Part shown: one piece after another, positions 63,701 through 64,000 of the stretch | Numbering within the stretch: the first letter of the stretch is position 1 | Layout: each line of letters starts with the position of its first letter | DNA from: Balanoglossus misakiensis | Taxonomy: Eukaryota; Animalia; Hemichordata | Direction of reading: 5' to 3' | Length of the DNA stretch: 64,000 nucleotides | Assembly (NCBI GenBank): GCA_040954595.2 | Contig: CM082587.2 | Span: forward strand, 1,452,900-1,516,899 | Program-made: the position numbers and the translations under genes | Notes under the pieces: generated by a model | Database searches by the model: none | What the model saw: the letters and a program-made list of their open reading frames with translations, nothing else | Told to the model about the DNA's origin: nothing

Positions 63701-64000
63701 TTTTTATCAAAAAATGACCAAATTTTGAAAATTCGCAAAGTCGAAAAATCTTCGATTTCTGACGATTTTCCTGAGCTATAACCCATGGTTTTTATCAAAA
63801 AATGACCAAATTTTGAAAATTCGCAAAGTCGAAAAATCTTCGATTTCTGACGATTTTCCTGAGCTATAACCCATGTTTTTTTCAAAAAATGACCAAATTT
63901 TGAAAATTCGCAAAGTCGAAAAATCTTCGATTTCTGACGATTTTCCTGAGCTATAACCCATGGTTTTTTCAAAAAATGACCAAATTTTGAAAATTCGCAA
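57714..64000. repeat. 87/88-bp satellite array, about 70 copies, truncated by the window end
   Basis: Unit GAGCTATAACCCATGGTTTTT(T/AT)CAAAAAATGACCAAATTTTGAAAATTCGCAAAGTCGAAAAATCTTCGATTTCTGACGATTTTCCT. Diverged copies at 57714-58100 are followed by near-identical ones. Confidence 0.99.

Noticed and set aside
58006-64000. Long repetitive ORFs of up to 647 aa (KKPWVIAQENRQK.. / KTMGYSSGKSSE..)
   Set aside because: The 87-bp unit is a multiple of 3 and lacks stops in two minus-strand frames. The 88-bp units shift the frame freely, so there is no sign of coding constraint.
54168-64000. CRISPR-like array interpretation of the 130-bp and 87-bp repeats
   Set aside because: The units are identical end to end with no unique spacers, there are no cas genes, and the context is eukaryotic and intron-containing.

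Overview
Eukaryotic, AT-rich, gene-dense DNA with short GT-AG introns. It looks like a marine invertebrate bilaterian; the species cannot be determined from sequence alone. Genes reconstructed by hand, in order: a possible 5' exon of an unidentified gene (-), FKBPL-like FKBP/TPR gene (-), golgin-97/GOLGA1 (+), a bacterial-type enoyl-CoA hydratase ending in SKL (+), ZDHHC12 (-), ODR4 (+), a small protein of three tandem MLLE domains (-), RPL28 (+), a DUF885 metalloprotein (-), about 8 kb with no clear gene, PIP5KL1-like kinase (-), arylsulfatase B/I/J-like (-), an SLC16/MCT transporter (+), a 130-bp tandem array, and the first three exons of a paraoxonase (+). An 87/88-bp satellite of more than 6 kb begins inside the paraoxonase intron and runs to the window end. 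The most notable observations are duplicated mutually exclusive exons that swap the HExxxxH metal-site segment of the DUF885 protein, the stand-alone triple-MLLE protein, a 9-nt microexon in GOLGA1, a U12-type intron in ODR4, a proto-MHC-like gene set, a MITE with a telomeric core and a candidate novel pre-miRNA. All gene names come from recalled family motifs, not database searches. Exon boundaries were read by eye and may be off by a few bases.
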